Shown here: positions 1 to 13,801 of the stretch, piece by piece
Layout of the letters: each line of letters starts with the position of its first letter
Numbering within the stretch: the first letter of the stretch is position 1
Origin: Camelus ferus
Taxonomy: Eukaryota
DNA length: 64,000 nt
Direction: 5' to 3'
Assembly: GCF_009834535.1 (NCBI RefSeq)
Contig: NC_045697.1
Location: 81,966,001-82,030,000, forward strand
The notes under the pieces: generated by a model
What the model saw: only the letters and a program-made list of their open reading frames with translations
Told to the model about the DNA's origin: nothing
Database searches by the model: none
Program-made: the position numbers and the translations under genes

Positions 1-1529
1 TCATGTGATCATGTATAGAAAGACTTAATGTCCACATAAGTAACAATAGTGGTAAACTAAAATCAGAGTCCTGTGAGGCAAATACAGTGCTGTTTTAGTA
101 AATTATATCATACAATACAGAAAAAGAAATGTGATTAGTAATGGCTAATACACTTTAAAGTCTAAAAAAGAACACATGTATCTTTTCTTTTAAAATGTGT
201 AATTCCAAATTAAAATATGTAAGTCCAGATGAATATATTTGAATTCATAAATATGATAGTTTTACTTCTAAATGTCTAAAATTCAGCATTTGGATTATGC
301 TGATGCCAATTTGTAAGTTATTCAGACAGAAACTACTTTTGGCTTTTGTCTAAAATACCCAGATGCTACAAGAAAACCAAGTCTTTGCCCTGAATTATCA
401 AAGAACTTAGAGCTGTGTGTACTGGACCATAAAATCAATTAACAGATGTTTTTCCTCAGCTCAATAGTTCATTCTTATTTGCATTCAAAGTATTACATAT
501 CCTGTTATACAGATGAGTCTTTTTCGATTACAAGAGGGAAAGTATTCATTAAAAAAAAAAAAAAGTACATCGGCTTTGAGCCTTTATTCCTTTTACTGTA
601 AAAGCATTTCTTTTTCTATTAAAATAATGACTTCTCATATCTCCTATGATTTTGACCATTCACATAAGAATATAAGTTGAATGTTGATATCTAAATATGT
701 TTTATTTTAGAAATTCCAGTTATATTTTAGAAAATATATTACAGCTTTCAGAAAGTTTAAAAGCAAATATTTTCATTAACTTTTTTTTTACCTCTTTCTC
801 CAGCAGTTTAACTTTTACATTTACCAGGACTCATCAATTTTTAATGTTTTCTTTGTTTTATTATCATTTCTCACATTTTACCAATTTCTCCATTTCTCTC
901 TCTCCCTCTCTCCTTTCATTTCAGACTATGGAAAAAGAGGTGAAAAAAACAACATTTTTTTCCACAATCAATCTAAATTTAAGGTTATTTTAATATATGC
1001 ACAATATAAATTGAGTGTATACTATGAGCAGAATTCAATAAAAACTACTACAACATATATAAAATTAGAAAATGTCATAATAAAATACATAAGAAAGCAA
1101 ATATATATGTAAGTATGGATATTTGCAAATAAAAAGTAAAATAATGATTTATGATATGTGATTGAAGGTTTCTTATCAAATACAGATATCTATGAAGGCT
1201 TTTAATAAACATCATATCTATGTCCATTATGTGACATTAAGTAATATTATTGAATGTCCATTCATATTTGAGGCATTGTAAAAGAAATTTTAAAAGACTA
1301 AATATTTAAGGGTTCACACACAGGCCTACTTAAGCAGGGATATTATGATTTATTATTAAAACTACTTGTATGGTAATTGGAATACTGACCTGAATTTCCC
1401 TTAATTAACTTTATAAATTTAAATATATTCAAGAGGGTTTTTGATGCAAGGAGGATAACCAATGTATAATGAAAAGCATAAACTTTTGTGGTGGGGCAAC
1501 TTGCATTGAGCCCTATCTTCAAAAACATA

Positions 1530-1660
1530 AAGCTTTTATAACCTTAAGCAAGATAACATCTCTTAGCTTCAGTTTCCTCATCTAGTAGGATTTTAATAAT
1601 ATATGTAGATAGCTCTTGGCATTAAAAATGTACAATATTTCTAAAGTGTTTGGGACCTTA
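1530..1660 (+). mobile_element. MIR SINE fragment
   Basis: MIR core-like 'ccttaagcaag...cttcagtttcctcatct' followed by a degenerate 3' part. Confidence 0.55.
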
Positions 1661-3654
1661 TTTTTTCTCAGAATAGCATTTGTTATATGAAAAGAAAATA
1701 GTTCTCAAAGTAAATCCTTTACTAATAGTATGTATCTTTTATCTTTCTATTTCTCTTTACGTCATCAGAAAAGATTTATAAGATTTGTTTAAAATGCATA
1801 TCCAAAATGTTGGAATAATTAAAAAATCATGGGTTGCAGAACTTTTCAGAAATCATAGAAAAAATCGATTGATTTATGGAATAAATTTATAAAAAATAAA
1901 TAAACATAAAGTACATAATTTTCAGAAACATAAAAAATCGCTAGGTGAGAGACATACCTTTGTTCTTAGCAAGCATACATACAGATTTTACCAGTATTCT
2001 AATAAAGAGAAATAAGTAGAAATGGTCAGAACAATATTATATCTGCTTGATATTTATAATTTACTCTAGATTTATGCTAAAGTTAATTTCATCCATAGAA
2101 TAAGAATAGTCTGCTTGGTTAATCCTAATTATCTAAAACACCCTAAGGTAAATGCACTTTTTCAGTTACGATTTAGAAGAGGTACCAAAACAAGCTGTAA
2201 CCAGCCCAGTCATGACTATACTTGTGCAAGGCTCATTTATAAGACACACAAAAAAGAAGCTTTTTGTGTTGCCGTTATTTCTCTTTGCAGTGAGAATCTG
2301 TAAATGTGTAACTGATCACCTTCATTTTTATCAAATGAAAGCTAGTTTTTATTACAACAGAAACTCTCATTTTGGAATTTGTAGAAGAAAACCAAAGAAC
2401 AGTAACAAAAGATTTATAGAAATCAGCATACATGGCTAATGCTGTGGGACAGGCTTAATTATACCTACTATAAGGAACCAATTATTTCTAAAACATAAAT
2501 GATAATAAAGCAGAAATAGGTTTAGATGTACATGATTAAACTGTTAATGTGTATATTGTTATATATAAAATGACTTGAATGTTATGTTAAGTTAAATTGG
2601 AATATTAGGTGCCAGAGATAGCACCATTATTTTATTTCTTAACAAATTTATAAACTGCATTCCTCTATGTATTCAGGTCATAATTGATTATATTTTCATA
2701 AGATGTGGAGTAGGAGCTTTTGAACTTCTGTTGAAAATCTGAAGATTTGTGGTTCGGTGCATTTAAAACTGGGAAATTCTGAAAATAATCAAAACCATCT
2801 GGAAATACTGCAATAGCTGAGGAAAAGAGAGGCTTAAAGAAATTATAAATTCAGTGTTTATCAGTGTATACTCAAGAACAAACAAAAGTTTTGTAATTTG
2901 AAGAAATAATGATATATCATAGGAAGGAAAAAATAACTTAAAAAATGCAAACATTTTGATCACATTCAAAAATTGTTTTAAAATATCATATTGCTTGATA
3001 AGTTAATTCCTTTTTATTTACTCAGAAAATGACATAACAATTGAGACTACTTTCAAAGTTTAGATGAAGTTAGCATCAAATTTTCCACTTAACTCTTCCA
3101 CTATTTAAAAATATACTTCAAGTAATAAAATCCCTTCTGAAAGAAATAAGGTCAGCATTGGTCTTAGAACATGTTTACTATCAAGTTTTCTTTTTCCCCT
3201 AATATTTTGTTTCTGCAATGTTTAGTGATTGTTCAGAATCTACAGTAATAAAAACTGCTGCTTCAAACCTAGAACTGAAGAGAAGCAGAAAACATGAACA
3301 ATTTACATATAAAAACAGAACAAAAGACTTTGGGCCACAAGATGTCACTGTAGTTCAAGCAAGACAGTTTTCTTGAAATTAAATAGCAAAGAGAATAGAT
3401 TGGACTTGATTTATATATTTAATCTGCTTTTGAGTATATTCCAGATATATTTAATAATTGTATATAACATGAAGATAGAGCAAAGAATACTTTGTACCTG
3501 GAGTAATTTCCATCCTGATTTTCTAGGGGTTGCAGTAATAGATGTTAGAGGCAGTAAGTTAGTTCTTTAAATCTTAGGAGACAAAAATTATAATGAACAA
3601 TTATAACAAGAATGAATGAGTTGCAGTTTTTCAACTAACTTTTATTTATATCGA

Positions 3655-3860
3655 ATAGTATAATATGCAAAGTATGAGAGCTGAATTTAGACTGCAGGTG
3701 TTCATATCCTTGTGTTTTCCCAGCTGCTCTTAGACTAACCTATCTCATTCAACTGTAAAATGGGAATAATAATTGTAATTATCTCAAAGGGCTCCCGTAG
3801 GTTAAATAAAAATGCTCATATCTAGGCCTAAATATAATAGTTTTTTAATTGTTATCTATT
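3655..3860 (+). mobile_element. MIR SINE
   Basis: 'ctgtaaaatgggaataataat' MIR core and a 'gttatctattatt' tail. Confidence 0.65.
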
Positions 3861-4445
3861 ATTAGAGAAATATTCAAAAGTATATTGTCCAAACACTTTC
3901 TCTTTTTTTCTCATTTTGATGTTTTATTATATAGCCTTCAATTCTCAGATATGTAGATTATAAAGACACTATGGCTACGAACTTTACTTTCTTCTTCTCT
4001 CTTCCCCAGATTACATATTACTGTGATAAGTACATTGTAAGAATCAAAAGTTACGTAGTTTTATTTATAACTCAATTCATGCCTATTCAACAGAAATGTT
4101 TAATATGTAACCTGTCAAAAAGCAGAAATACAATATTTTGCTAACACAGAGTATTGGCTTATAGAAAAATATTTTTGTATTGTTTTTAGAAGTTAATTCA
4201 AATATTTAATAAATTAATATTTAAAATACCATCAGTAATGCATTTTAATTCTCATTACAATAAATAGTTGCAGATTTGAAATTTTCAAGCCAACAAAAGA
4301 AAATGTAAATTAATCAATTTACACTGAAATATATTATTGTTGAATATTCTAAAATCCACCTCTAATTACTTTACAAATTTTTCTTCAAATAAAATAGAAT
4401 GGAAAAAATACTACATTTTCTCATGAAAGTTTGCCAAGCTCGCTA

Positions 4446-5238
4446 TTTTTTTATTAAGGTATAGTCAGTTTACAATTTTGTTTCAATTTCTGGTGAATGT
4501 CATAATGTTTCAGTCGTACATATACATACATATATTCATTTTTATATTCTTTTTCATTAGAGGTTACTACAAGATATTGAATATAGTTGTCTGTGCTATA
4601 CAATAGGAACTTGTTGTTTATATATTTTATATATAGTAGTTAGTATCTGCAAATCTTGAACTCTGATTTTATCCTTTCCCATTGCCTTTCCCCCCTGGTA
4701 ACCCTGAATTTATTTTATATGTCTATGGGTCTTTTTCTGTTTTGTAGAAATGTTCATTTGTGTCTTTTTTTTTTTTAGATTCCACATATAAGTGATATCA
4801 TATGGTATTTTTCCTTTCTCTTTCTGGTTTATTTAGAATGACAGTCTCTAGGTCCATCCATGTTGCTACAAATGGTATTATTTCATTCCTTTTTTTTTTG
4901 GCTGAGTAGTATTCCGTTGGATGAGTAGTATTCCGTTGGATAAATATACCACAGCGTCTTTATGCAGTCATCAGTTGATGGACATTTAGGTTGTTTCCAC
5001 ATTTTGGCTATTGTAAATAGTACTTCTATGATTGGGGTGCACATATCTGTTTGAATTAGAGTTCCCTCCATATATATGCCCAGAAGTGGGACTGCTGGAT
5101 CATAGGGTAAGTCTATTTTTAGTTTTTTAAGGAGTCTCCATTCTGTTTTCCACAATGGCTGCACGAAACTATATTCCCACCAACAGTGTAGGAGGGTTCC
5201 CTTTTCTCCACAGCCTCTCCAGCATTTGTTTGTGGACT
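4446..5238 (-). mobile_element. LINE-1 3' end (lineage-specific, 5'-truncated), ORF2 C-terminus plus 3'UTR
   Basis: ORF 4883-5248 reads '[18 protein letters not shown]...[14 protein letters not shown]' (L1 ORF2 Cys-rich C-terminal domain); T-rich tail at ~4446. Confidence 0.95.
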
Positions 5239-5764
5239 CAAAAGTCACTTTAAATTGAAATTTTATAGATGAAAAATTTCTGTTTTCCTAGTGATATACA
5301 AGCCAAAAGAGTTAATTACCAAGTTGAAGTAATTTACTAATGTAAGTAAAGTTAGTGAATTGAATGAGTGTTAAATAATAAAATGTATTCTTGGTCTTAC
5401 CTAAATTGTCTATTTTAGCAAAATTTTGTGTTTACAATTCTGAATATTTAATCTCATATAAATGAAAATATAAGAAATCCAAACTTAATGGATATTTATC
5501 GATATTCCACCTAATTATATAAAGAATATGGTTCATTGAAATAATAAAAATATTCCTATGTAAAATGGTGACAACATAATAACAGATGTAGGCAAATATA
5601 CTGGAGAAATTTCATTTGTAATAAAATAAAAATATAAACAGAAGTATAAATAGTTATAAAAAATAAAGTCCACATCAAAAATATACATATGTGAAGAACA
5701 TGGTTCTTAAAGGTCATCCTAATATTATTGAAACATCAGTATAAATCTTACAAAGTAGTAATAA

Positions 5765-5955
5765 AAACTATAGCTAATATTTGGTAAGCCGTTTTTTGTG
5801 TATGTACCAAGCAAAGTGCAAAGCATGTTATATTATCTCAATTGATTCTCAAAAGAATCCTATAAAGTGGATGTTATTATTTTCTTCATTTTATAGATAA
5901 AGTAATTTCTCAGAGATAGTAAATGATTTGCTAAGGATTACTCAGCTACCAACTG
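5765..5955 (-). mobile_element. MIR SINE
   Basis: 'tattattttcttcattttatagataaag...aaatgatttgctaagg' antisense MIR core. Confidence 0.75.
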
Positions 5956-6091
5956 AAAAACAAAACACCATACATGCTACATCAAAACCTACATTATCAT
6001 TTCTGGTAATTAATCCAAGGGATGATTTCCTCAAGGCAATCATTTAAGGCCTGACAAAATCAACAGTGAAAAAAGACAGTAGTGTAGTATG

Positions 6092-6125
6092 ATCACAGTT
6101 TCCATAGTATTATGGAAATTGTGAT
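6092..6125. repeat. Near-perfect inverted repeat (15-bp arms, 4-nt spacer)
   Basis: atcacagtttccata-gtat-tatggaaattgtgat; the arms differ at one position. Confidence 0.9.
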
Positions 6126-6171
6126 AAATAGCTGCTTAAATTGATTTAATACGTTGACTACAACAGTATAA

Positions 6172-6172
<1 letters not shown>

Positions 6173-6205
<33 letters not shown>
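6173..6205. repeat. Compound (GT)n(AT)n microsatellite
   Basis: Read directly from sequence. Confidence 0.95.
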
Positions 6206-7169
6206 ATATATACACTTCTGTTTTCAGTGTGAACTGCTACAGGTATATAATGGTAGCTACAAAAAGATGTATAGTAATTTATACACTCATATACTTTACT
6301 ATTTCATGAATTAATTTTCAGGTTAAAATTACTTTTGACAAACAATTATATTGTATGATATGGATTTTTTGAATCTTGTGAAATGGTACACATATGCCAT
6401 TTTTGATGCCTAATTTTATTAATGCACATCTTCTCTGTCCAGTGCAGTTAGGTGCTATAAATATTACTATGTTTAACATCTCTTTCCTGATTTTTCCCTA
6501 CCTCAATTTTATTCACACCAAACCCCTATGTAGTAGAATGAATGTGTCATATTTACACTAGTTTCATGAATTAGAATCTTCAGAACCTAATAATCTGTCC
6601 ATGCTTACATGCAAAGGAAGACAGAGATCAGAAGAATGATGGGGTATCAAGAGAAGGAGGTCTGAAACAAGAATTGTTAACATCCATTTATTGTAGCGTG
6701 AATTCCACAAGTCAGTGATCACACACAGGCATATGTACAACACACACATGCACATACACCCATACCTGCCAAGAAGCAATTTCGTGCCTTGGTCTTAAAG
6801 TTGAATGAACAGTCAATCATAAACTGATACATGAAGGACCCACCTTGGGACATAGAAGCTAAACAGACAGACCAAGGATATGATCTAAATGATCATCATC
6901 TAGCACATACTTGTCCTATTTTCAGATGACCAACTTCAGTCAAGAGAAATTTTTAGTGCTTAAAAATGTTCCAAGTGATGCTTTCAGACCATCCTCAGCA
7001 TTAGTTTCAAGATCACAGCTGAAACACTGTGACTCTGAGTTCCTGCACAGGAGTTTCTAAGTTGAAGCGTGAACCGAGTTTCCTAGGAGTTAAAAGGTCA
7101 AATGTGAGACAGAAGAGACGAAGCCAGATGTTTCCCAGTTAAAGATTCTTTTCCCCTGGGAAAGTTCTG

Positions 7170-7355
7170 CTTTAACACAAGCTAGCTGGATGGCCCTGAG
7201 TATATTATTTAACAGTTTGAGCTACATACCTTACATTTCCAAAATGAGGATACAAAATTTACTTTGTTGGGTTCTTATATGGATTTACCAGCTAATATAT
7301 GTGAAGTATAGAATAGAGTTCCTAATATAAAAAGTTGCTCACTACATGGTAGTAT
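7170..7355 (+). mobile_element. MIR SINE fragment
   Basis: 'caaaatgaggata...tatatgtgaagt...agttgctcacta' degenerate MIR. Confidence 0.5.
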
Positions 7356-8002
7356 AAATAATAGACTACTGTTTGAATTATTTTACCCAACTATATGTTC
7401 AGAATGCAGTGCTTCACAATACATTAATAAGTATCAAGAATGTCTTGACATTTTCTTCATCTATTGTACAAAATTTTAAATTAAATTCCTATGTCTCAAG
7501 AGTAAAGTGTAATAAAGTGGAGGGGTGGAGCTACATTTTTCTCCCTGCTTACATTTTTAAAATAATTAGAAAATTAGCCAGATGCATGTGGATATAGTCT
7601 TATGAAAATTCTTAACAACAAAATCATACACATGCAACAAATGTTGAAAACTCTATAGGAATCTCCTGAAGGAAAATATGTAGCAGACATTAGAGACTGT
7701 GTGACCTATAAAAAATATATTGGAATCAGCGTAAAAAAGGATCATTTTTTTTCCTTTTTATATTTCATCCCTTGAACGAGTAGCTGTTTTTCTTTGTATT
7801 CTTGTATTAGGCTTTCACTTCATTTATTGTCATTCATAATGCCTGCACTTCCAATTTCACTATAAGAATGGAAATCACCCCAGAACAGATAACATATTTT
7901 ATAATATTATTTACCGTCTTTTTAAAACATGAGCCTTGTGTTTCAACATAGCAACACCTAGTAATAGTTATAGTAAATATAGTATAGTAAAGAAAAGGAA
8001 GA

Positions 8003-8445
8003 TATTTCTGTGTATTAATGTTGTATCCTGCAACTTTACTGAATTCATTTGTTAGTTCTAATAGCTTTTATTTTCATGAAGATTTTAGGGTTTTCTATAT
8101 AGCATTATGTCATCTGCACATAGTGACAGTTTTACCTCTTCAGTCCAGTTTGGATGCCTTTTCTTTGTTTTTGCTGTCTGATTGCTCTGGCTATGACTTC
8201 CAATACTGTCTTTGCATTCCAGTACAAATAGGAGTAGGAAGAGTAGGCAACCTTGACCTGGTTGTTCTCTCCCCTTTCTACCTGATTTCATGTGTATCTT
8301 TTTTACAGGCTTGGTTTTACGAGAGTCTGTCTGTCTGTAGTGTGTTTTCAGTGAGAGTTGCTCCACAGGTATTTTTGATGTGTTCATTGCAGGAGGTGAG
8401 TTCTGAGTCCTCCTACTCAGCCATCTTGATCTCCCCTCTCTCTCT
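8003..8445 (-). mobile_element. Rearranged LINE-1: 5'UTR start fused to an ORF2 RT-domain fragment
   Basis: Minus strand starts 'ggagatcaagatggctgagtaggaggac' (L1 5' end type) and near 8255 switches to ORF2 'QGCLL...EEVKLSLCADDIMLY'. Confidence 0.8.
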
Positions 8446-8813
8446 CATAATATTTTGTATCAGGTAACTAACTGATTTTAAAAATATTTTAATATTAGTC
8501 CTTTATTAGAAACCAGAAAAGGTCTAAATGTTTTAAAAATGCAACCAAAAAAAAAATTACTGGTGTTTAATGTGTGTATCTCAATGAACTACCCTACTCA
8601 TTCTTCAGTGATATATCATTTATTCTCCTAGTATTCCTACTTAAGAGAAATTTATTTGAATTCTTTCAGTGAAAGTAGATGCTTTCTAAAGAATTTAGAA
8701 AGAAGGGGAAAAAAATACTAAGTCATCTGAGTACAAGTTCCATGACCATTTGAACACATCCTGAGCTAGAAATAGAAACTCTTCAAAAGGAGTGTAATAG
8801 GTCCTTAGGTTCT

Positions 8814-8816
<3 letters not shown>

Positions 8817-8856
<40 letters not shown>
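8817..8856. repeat. (GT)20 microsatellite
   Basis: Read directly from sequence. Confidence 0.98.
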
Positions 8857-8861
<5 letters not shown>

Positions 8862-11800
8862 GCTAATAAAGCTGAACAATGATTTGACCATGATTGTGTT
8901 CTTCCTATCAGAGAAAATAAATCTTTAATAGAGATAAAAATGGAAAGGCTGTAAGAGTTTATGATTTTAATTAAAAGGTAGAATTTTAGAACAATTTCAG
9001 ATTTACAGAATTGAGCAGGTGACAAGTACCCTACCTCTCCTGCATAGAATTTCCTGTTATTAGCATCTTGTATTAATGTGATGCATCTGAGCCAATACTG
9101 ATAAATTATGATTAACTAAATCCCATAGTTTTCATTAAAGTTCACTCTTTGTGTTGTACAGTTCTTTGGGTTTTGACAAATGTGTAATGTCATGTATTCA
9201 CCATTGTGATATCATAGTGAATAGTTTTAACATCCTAAGAATCCCCTGGGCCTTTCCCCACTCATCTCTCCTCCTCCTCCAGTCCTAAAAAATCACAGAT
9301 CTCTTTACTGTTCCCATACTTTTGCCCTTTCCCAAATGTCATATAGTTGGAATTACATGGTACGTGGCTGTTTCAGACAGGCTTCTTTCACATTCATGTT
9401 TTATTCCTTTATGTCTTTTTGTGGCTTAAGATCATATTTATTTTTGCCACTAACAATCCACTGTATAGATCTGCAACAGTTTAACATCTACCTATTGAAG
9501 GGCATTTGGTTGCTTCCAGTTTTTGGCAGTTATGAATAAAGCTGGTATAACTATCCAAGAGCAGGCATTTGTGTGGAAATAATTTTTCAAGGTAATTAGG
9601 TAACTCCTGGGAATGTGACTGCTGGATTATATGGTAAGAGAACATTTCTGTAAGAAACTGCCAAATTGTCTGCAGCATGGCTATACAATTTTGCATTTCC
9701 AGCAGCAGCAATTGAGAACTCCTGTTGCTCAGTATCTTCCCTAGTATTTTGCTTGGTCAGGTTTTTGGATTTTAGTGATTTCAATTTTTATGTAGTAGTA
9801 TTACAGTATTATTTTGATTTTTTAATTTCCTAATGGTATATCATATTAATCACCTTTCATACACTTATTTGTTATCTCTATCTTTTTAGTGAAATATCTG
9901 TTTGGTATTTTTTTTCCCACTAATTTAATTGGATTGTTTGTTTTTTTATTGTTGAGTTTTAAGAATTCTTTGTATGTTTTAGATAGAAAGTTCTTTATCA
10001 GAATAGTCTTTGGAAAATATTTCATCCCAGACTCTGTGGCTTGTCTTCTAATTCTCTTGATATTGTCTTTGGCAAAGCAAAGGTTTTAAATTTTAATAAA
10101 GTCCAACTTATCAATTATTTCTTTTATAGATCATGTATTAGGTGTTAGGTTTAAAAACTCATCAGCAACCTAAAGTTATCTAGATTTTCTCCTATAGTAT
10201 CTTCTAGAAGCTTTGTAATTTTGCATTTTAGAAATGGATCCATTTTGAGCTCATTTTTTATGAAAGTAGTAAGTTTTGTGTCTAGATTTTTTTTTTTTTT
10301 GCATGCTCTGTCATCATTTGTTGAAGACTGCCCCCCCTCCTTGAATTGCCCTTGCTTCTTTGTCAAAGATCAGTTGACTGTATTTGTGTGGACCTGTTTC
10401 TAGGCTCTCCATTCTGTTCAATTAATCTATTATTTTGCTAATACCACATGGTTCTCATTACTGTAGCTTGATAATAAACCTTAAAGTGAAAGAGTGTCAA
10501 TCCTCTGTTCTTATTCAGGACTGTGTTGAGTATTATTTGTGTCTTTCACTATTTCATACAAAACTTAGAATGAGTTTGTAGAATCTACAAAACAGTTTTC
10601 AGGAATTTGGAATGGTACTAGGTTGAGTCTACAGACCAGACTGAGAAGAACTGACATCTCAACTGAGTGAATCTTCCTGTCCTTGAACATGGAACATCTC
10701 TTTATTTACTCAGATCATTTTTAATTTCTTTCATCAGAGTTTTGTAGTTTTTCTCATATAGATCCTATATATATATATATAGTTAGATTTATACCTAAGT
10801 ATGTCACTTTTTTGGTCTTATGTATTTACTGTGTTTTAATTTCAAATTCCAGTTGTTCATCACAAGATTATATGAAAGTAATTGATATTTGTATATCAAT
10901 TTGTATTCTGCATTTTGTTATAATACCTTATTAGATCCAGGGGATTTTTTAATTGAGCCTTTGGAATTTTTTGTATAAACAATTATGCCATCTGGGAACA
11001 AAGACAGTTTTATTTCCTCCTTCCCAATCCCTTATTTCCTTTCATAGTTTTACTGCATATGCCAGGAATTCCAGTCACTAGGAGTTATAAGAGGGTTTGC
11101 CTTACCTCTGATCTTAGGGAGAAGGCATCTAGTTTCTCACCACTAGTTATCTTTTTTGTCTTGTTTTGTTTTTTGGAAATATTGTTTTTATCAAGTTGAG
11201 GAATTTTCACTCTATTCCTTAATTTGCTGAGAGTTTCTGTTGTAAATGGGTATCGGATGATTTTTCTGCATCTATTGATATTTTCAAATATTTTTTATTC
11301 TTTAACATTTTTATTCTTTAATGCTCACAGGATCAATAGAAATGACTGTTCTTTCATTTCCGATATGAAAAGTTTATGTCTCTTTTTTTCTTTCCATGGT
11401 TTGTATGGCTAGAGGTCCATCAAATTTATTAATCTTTTCAAAGTATCAGCTTTGGTTTTATTGACTGTGTTATTGATTTTCTTTTTTCAATTTCATTGAT
11501 TTCTGTTGTAATTTTAATTTGTTTTCTATTTGCTTTGAATTTAAATTTCCGTTATTTCTCTTGTTTGTAAGGTTAAGGTGTAGATTATTTTCGATCATCT
11601 TTTCTGATATGTGCATTCAGTGCTACAAATTTCTCCTGAGAATATCTTTGTTCCATGTGTTATTTAGAAAATTGTTGTTTAATCTCCACATTGTATTTTT
11701 TAGCTCTCTTTCTGTTACTGATTTCTAGTTGAATTCTACTGTGGTCTGAGAGCATATACTTTATAATATCTATTCTTTTTAATTTGATAAAGTTTATTTT

Positions 11801-13801
11801 ATAACCCACATGTAATTTATCTTGGTAAATATCTCATGTGAACTTGAGAAGTATATGTATTCTGCATTTCTTAGGTGGTAATATCAGTATTTAGATACAA
11901 ACATCAATTAGATCCAGTTGATCAAAGGTACTGTTCAATTCAACTCTGTCTTTGCGGATTTTATGCCCACTTGATCTGTTAATTACTGAGAGAGGGATGT
12001 TGTAGTCTTCAACTATTACAGAAAATTTGTCTATTCCTCCTTGCATTTCTGGCAGTTTTTGCCTAAGATTTAAAGTGATTATTGATAAAGTTGTATTAAT
12101 ACCTATAACATTTATAATATTTTCTATTCATTGTACTTGTTCTTTTGTTTTCTTTTTATTTTTAATTTCTTCTCTTTTGCTGCCTTCTCTGGATTTTAGC
12201 ATTTTGTATTGTTCCATTTTTTCTCCCGCTTAGCATATCAAATACACATTGTTTAAAAACATTTTTAGTAGTTACTCTAGAGTTTGCAATATACATCCAA
12301 GATAATCGAAGATCACTTTTATGTAACATTAAACCACTTCATGTGTAGTACAGGTATCTTATAACAGTATTCCCAATTCCTCTCTCCATTCCTTGCAACA
12401 ATGCTGTCATTCACTTCACTATTCTGTAAGCTATAATCACTAATTACATTATTGCTACTATTTCTTTGAGCAGTTATTTATTACATCAATTATAATTACA
12501 AAAATAAGATTTTATTTTACCTTCATTTATTCCTTTTCTAATGCTCTTCCTTTCTTTATGTATGCCCAGTTTTCTCACCTGTGTCATTTTTCTTCTTTAA
12601 ATAATTTATTTGCTGTTTCCTACAAGAGAAATCTTGTGGAGAAAAATTCTCTCTGTTTTAATTTGTCTGAAAAACTCTTTAATGTCCTTCACTTTTGAAA
12701 TAATTTCACTGGAAACAGATTTCTGTGTTAGGACATTAGTGGGTTTTTTATTAGTTTGTTTCAACATTTTAAAAATTTCACTCCATTTCCTTCTTGTGTG
12801 ATTTCTGAATAGAAGCCCAATGTTATTCTTCTCCTTGTTCTTCTATAATTTAGGGTGTGTTTGTTCCCTGCCCCACTACCTGTGTTCTTCAAAAATTTTT
12901 ATTTGGCTTTGGGTTTCTACAAGTTCAGTATGATATGCATAGGTGTAAGCATTTTGTTTATCCTACTTGATATTTCCTGAGGTTCCTGAATCTGTGTTCT
13001 GATTTTGGACAATTTTTTGTCGTGATTACTTTGAATATTTCTTCTATCCCTTTTTTCCTCTCTCCTTCTGTTATTCCCAATATGCACGTGGTATGCTTTT
13101 GGTAATTGTCCCACAGTTCTCAATATTCTCTTCATTATTTCTGTTCTTTTTTCTCTTTGCATTTCAGTTGGGAAGTTACATTTGGGATGTTTTCAGGCTC
13201 ACTGATTGTTTCCTCAGTCATGTCCAATCAACTAAGAGCTCATCAAAGGCATTCTTTATTTTTGTTAGTGTTCTTGATTTCTAGTGTCTCCTTTTGATTT
13301 GTTTTAAGATTCCCATCGGTCAGCTTCCATTACCTATCTATTCTTACATGTTGTTTACTGTTTCCATTATACTGCTGAACATATTAATTACTTTCTATCT
13401 TAAATTCCCTATCTGATAGTTTAAAAATCTGTGTCCTGTCTGAGTTGGTCCAATACATGTTTTGTTTCTTAAGACTATGTTTATTCTTGTCTTTTAGCAT
13501 GCCTAGTACTTTTTGTTGTTGAACACTGGGTATAATGTATCTGGTACTAGGAATTGAAGTAATCAGGGTTTAGGTTGTGAAGCTTTATGTCAATCTGGCT
13601 AGGATTGGATGGTGTTTAAAATTTGCTGAAGCTGTAGCTGCTAAAGACTTCAGTTTTCTATTGTTTTCTTCCTTGTTTGCTTTCTGCCTTTGCTTTGGGT
13701 TTCCTGAAGAACTCCTCCTTAAGTAGGGTCTGTGTGTTACAGCTCTCTCAGTTATATTGAACTTTTAAAGTCCTGTTGATGTTGTATTAAGGTGTTGGAG
13801 A

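Noticed and set aside
697..993. 98-aa Phe/Ser-rich ORF
   Set aside because: Low-complexity T-rich DNA
2115..2439. Overlapping 62- and 95-aa ORFs with plus-strand acceptor-like sites at ~2165 and ~2290
   Set aside because: No recognisable product and no convincing downstream donor
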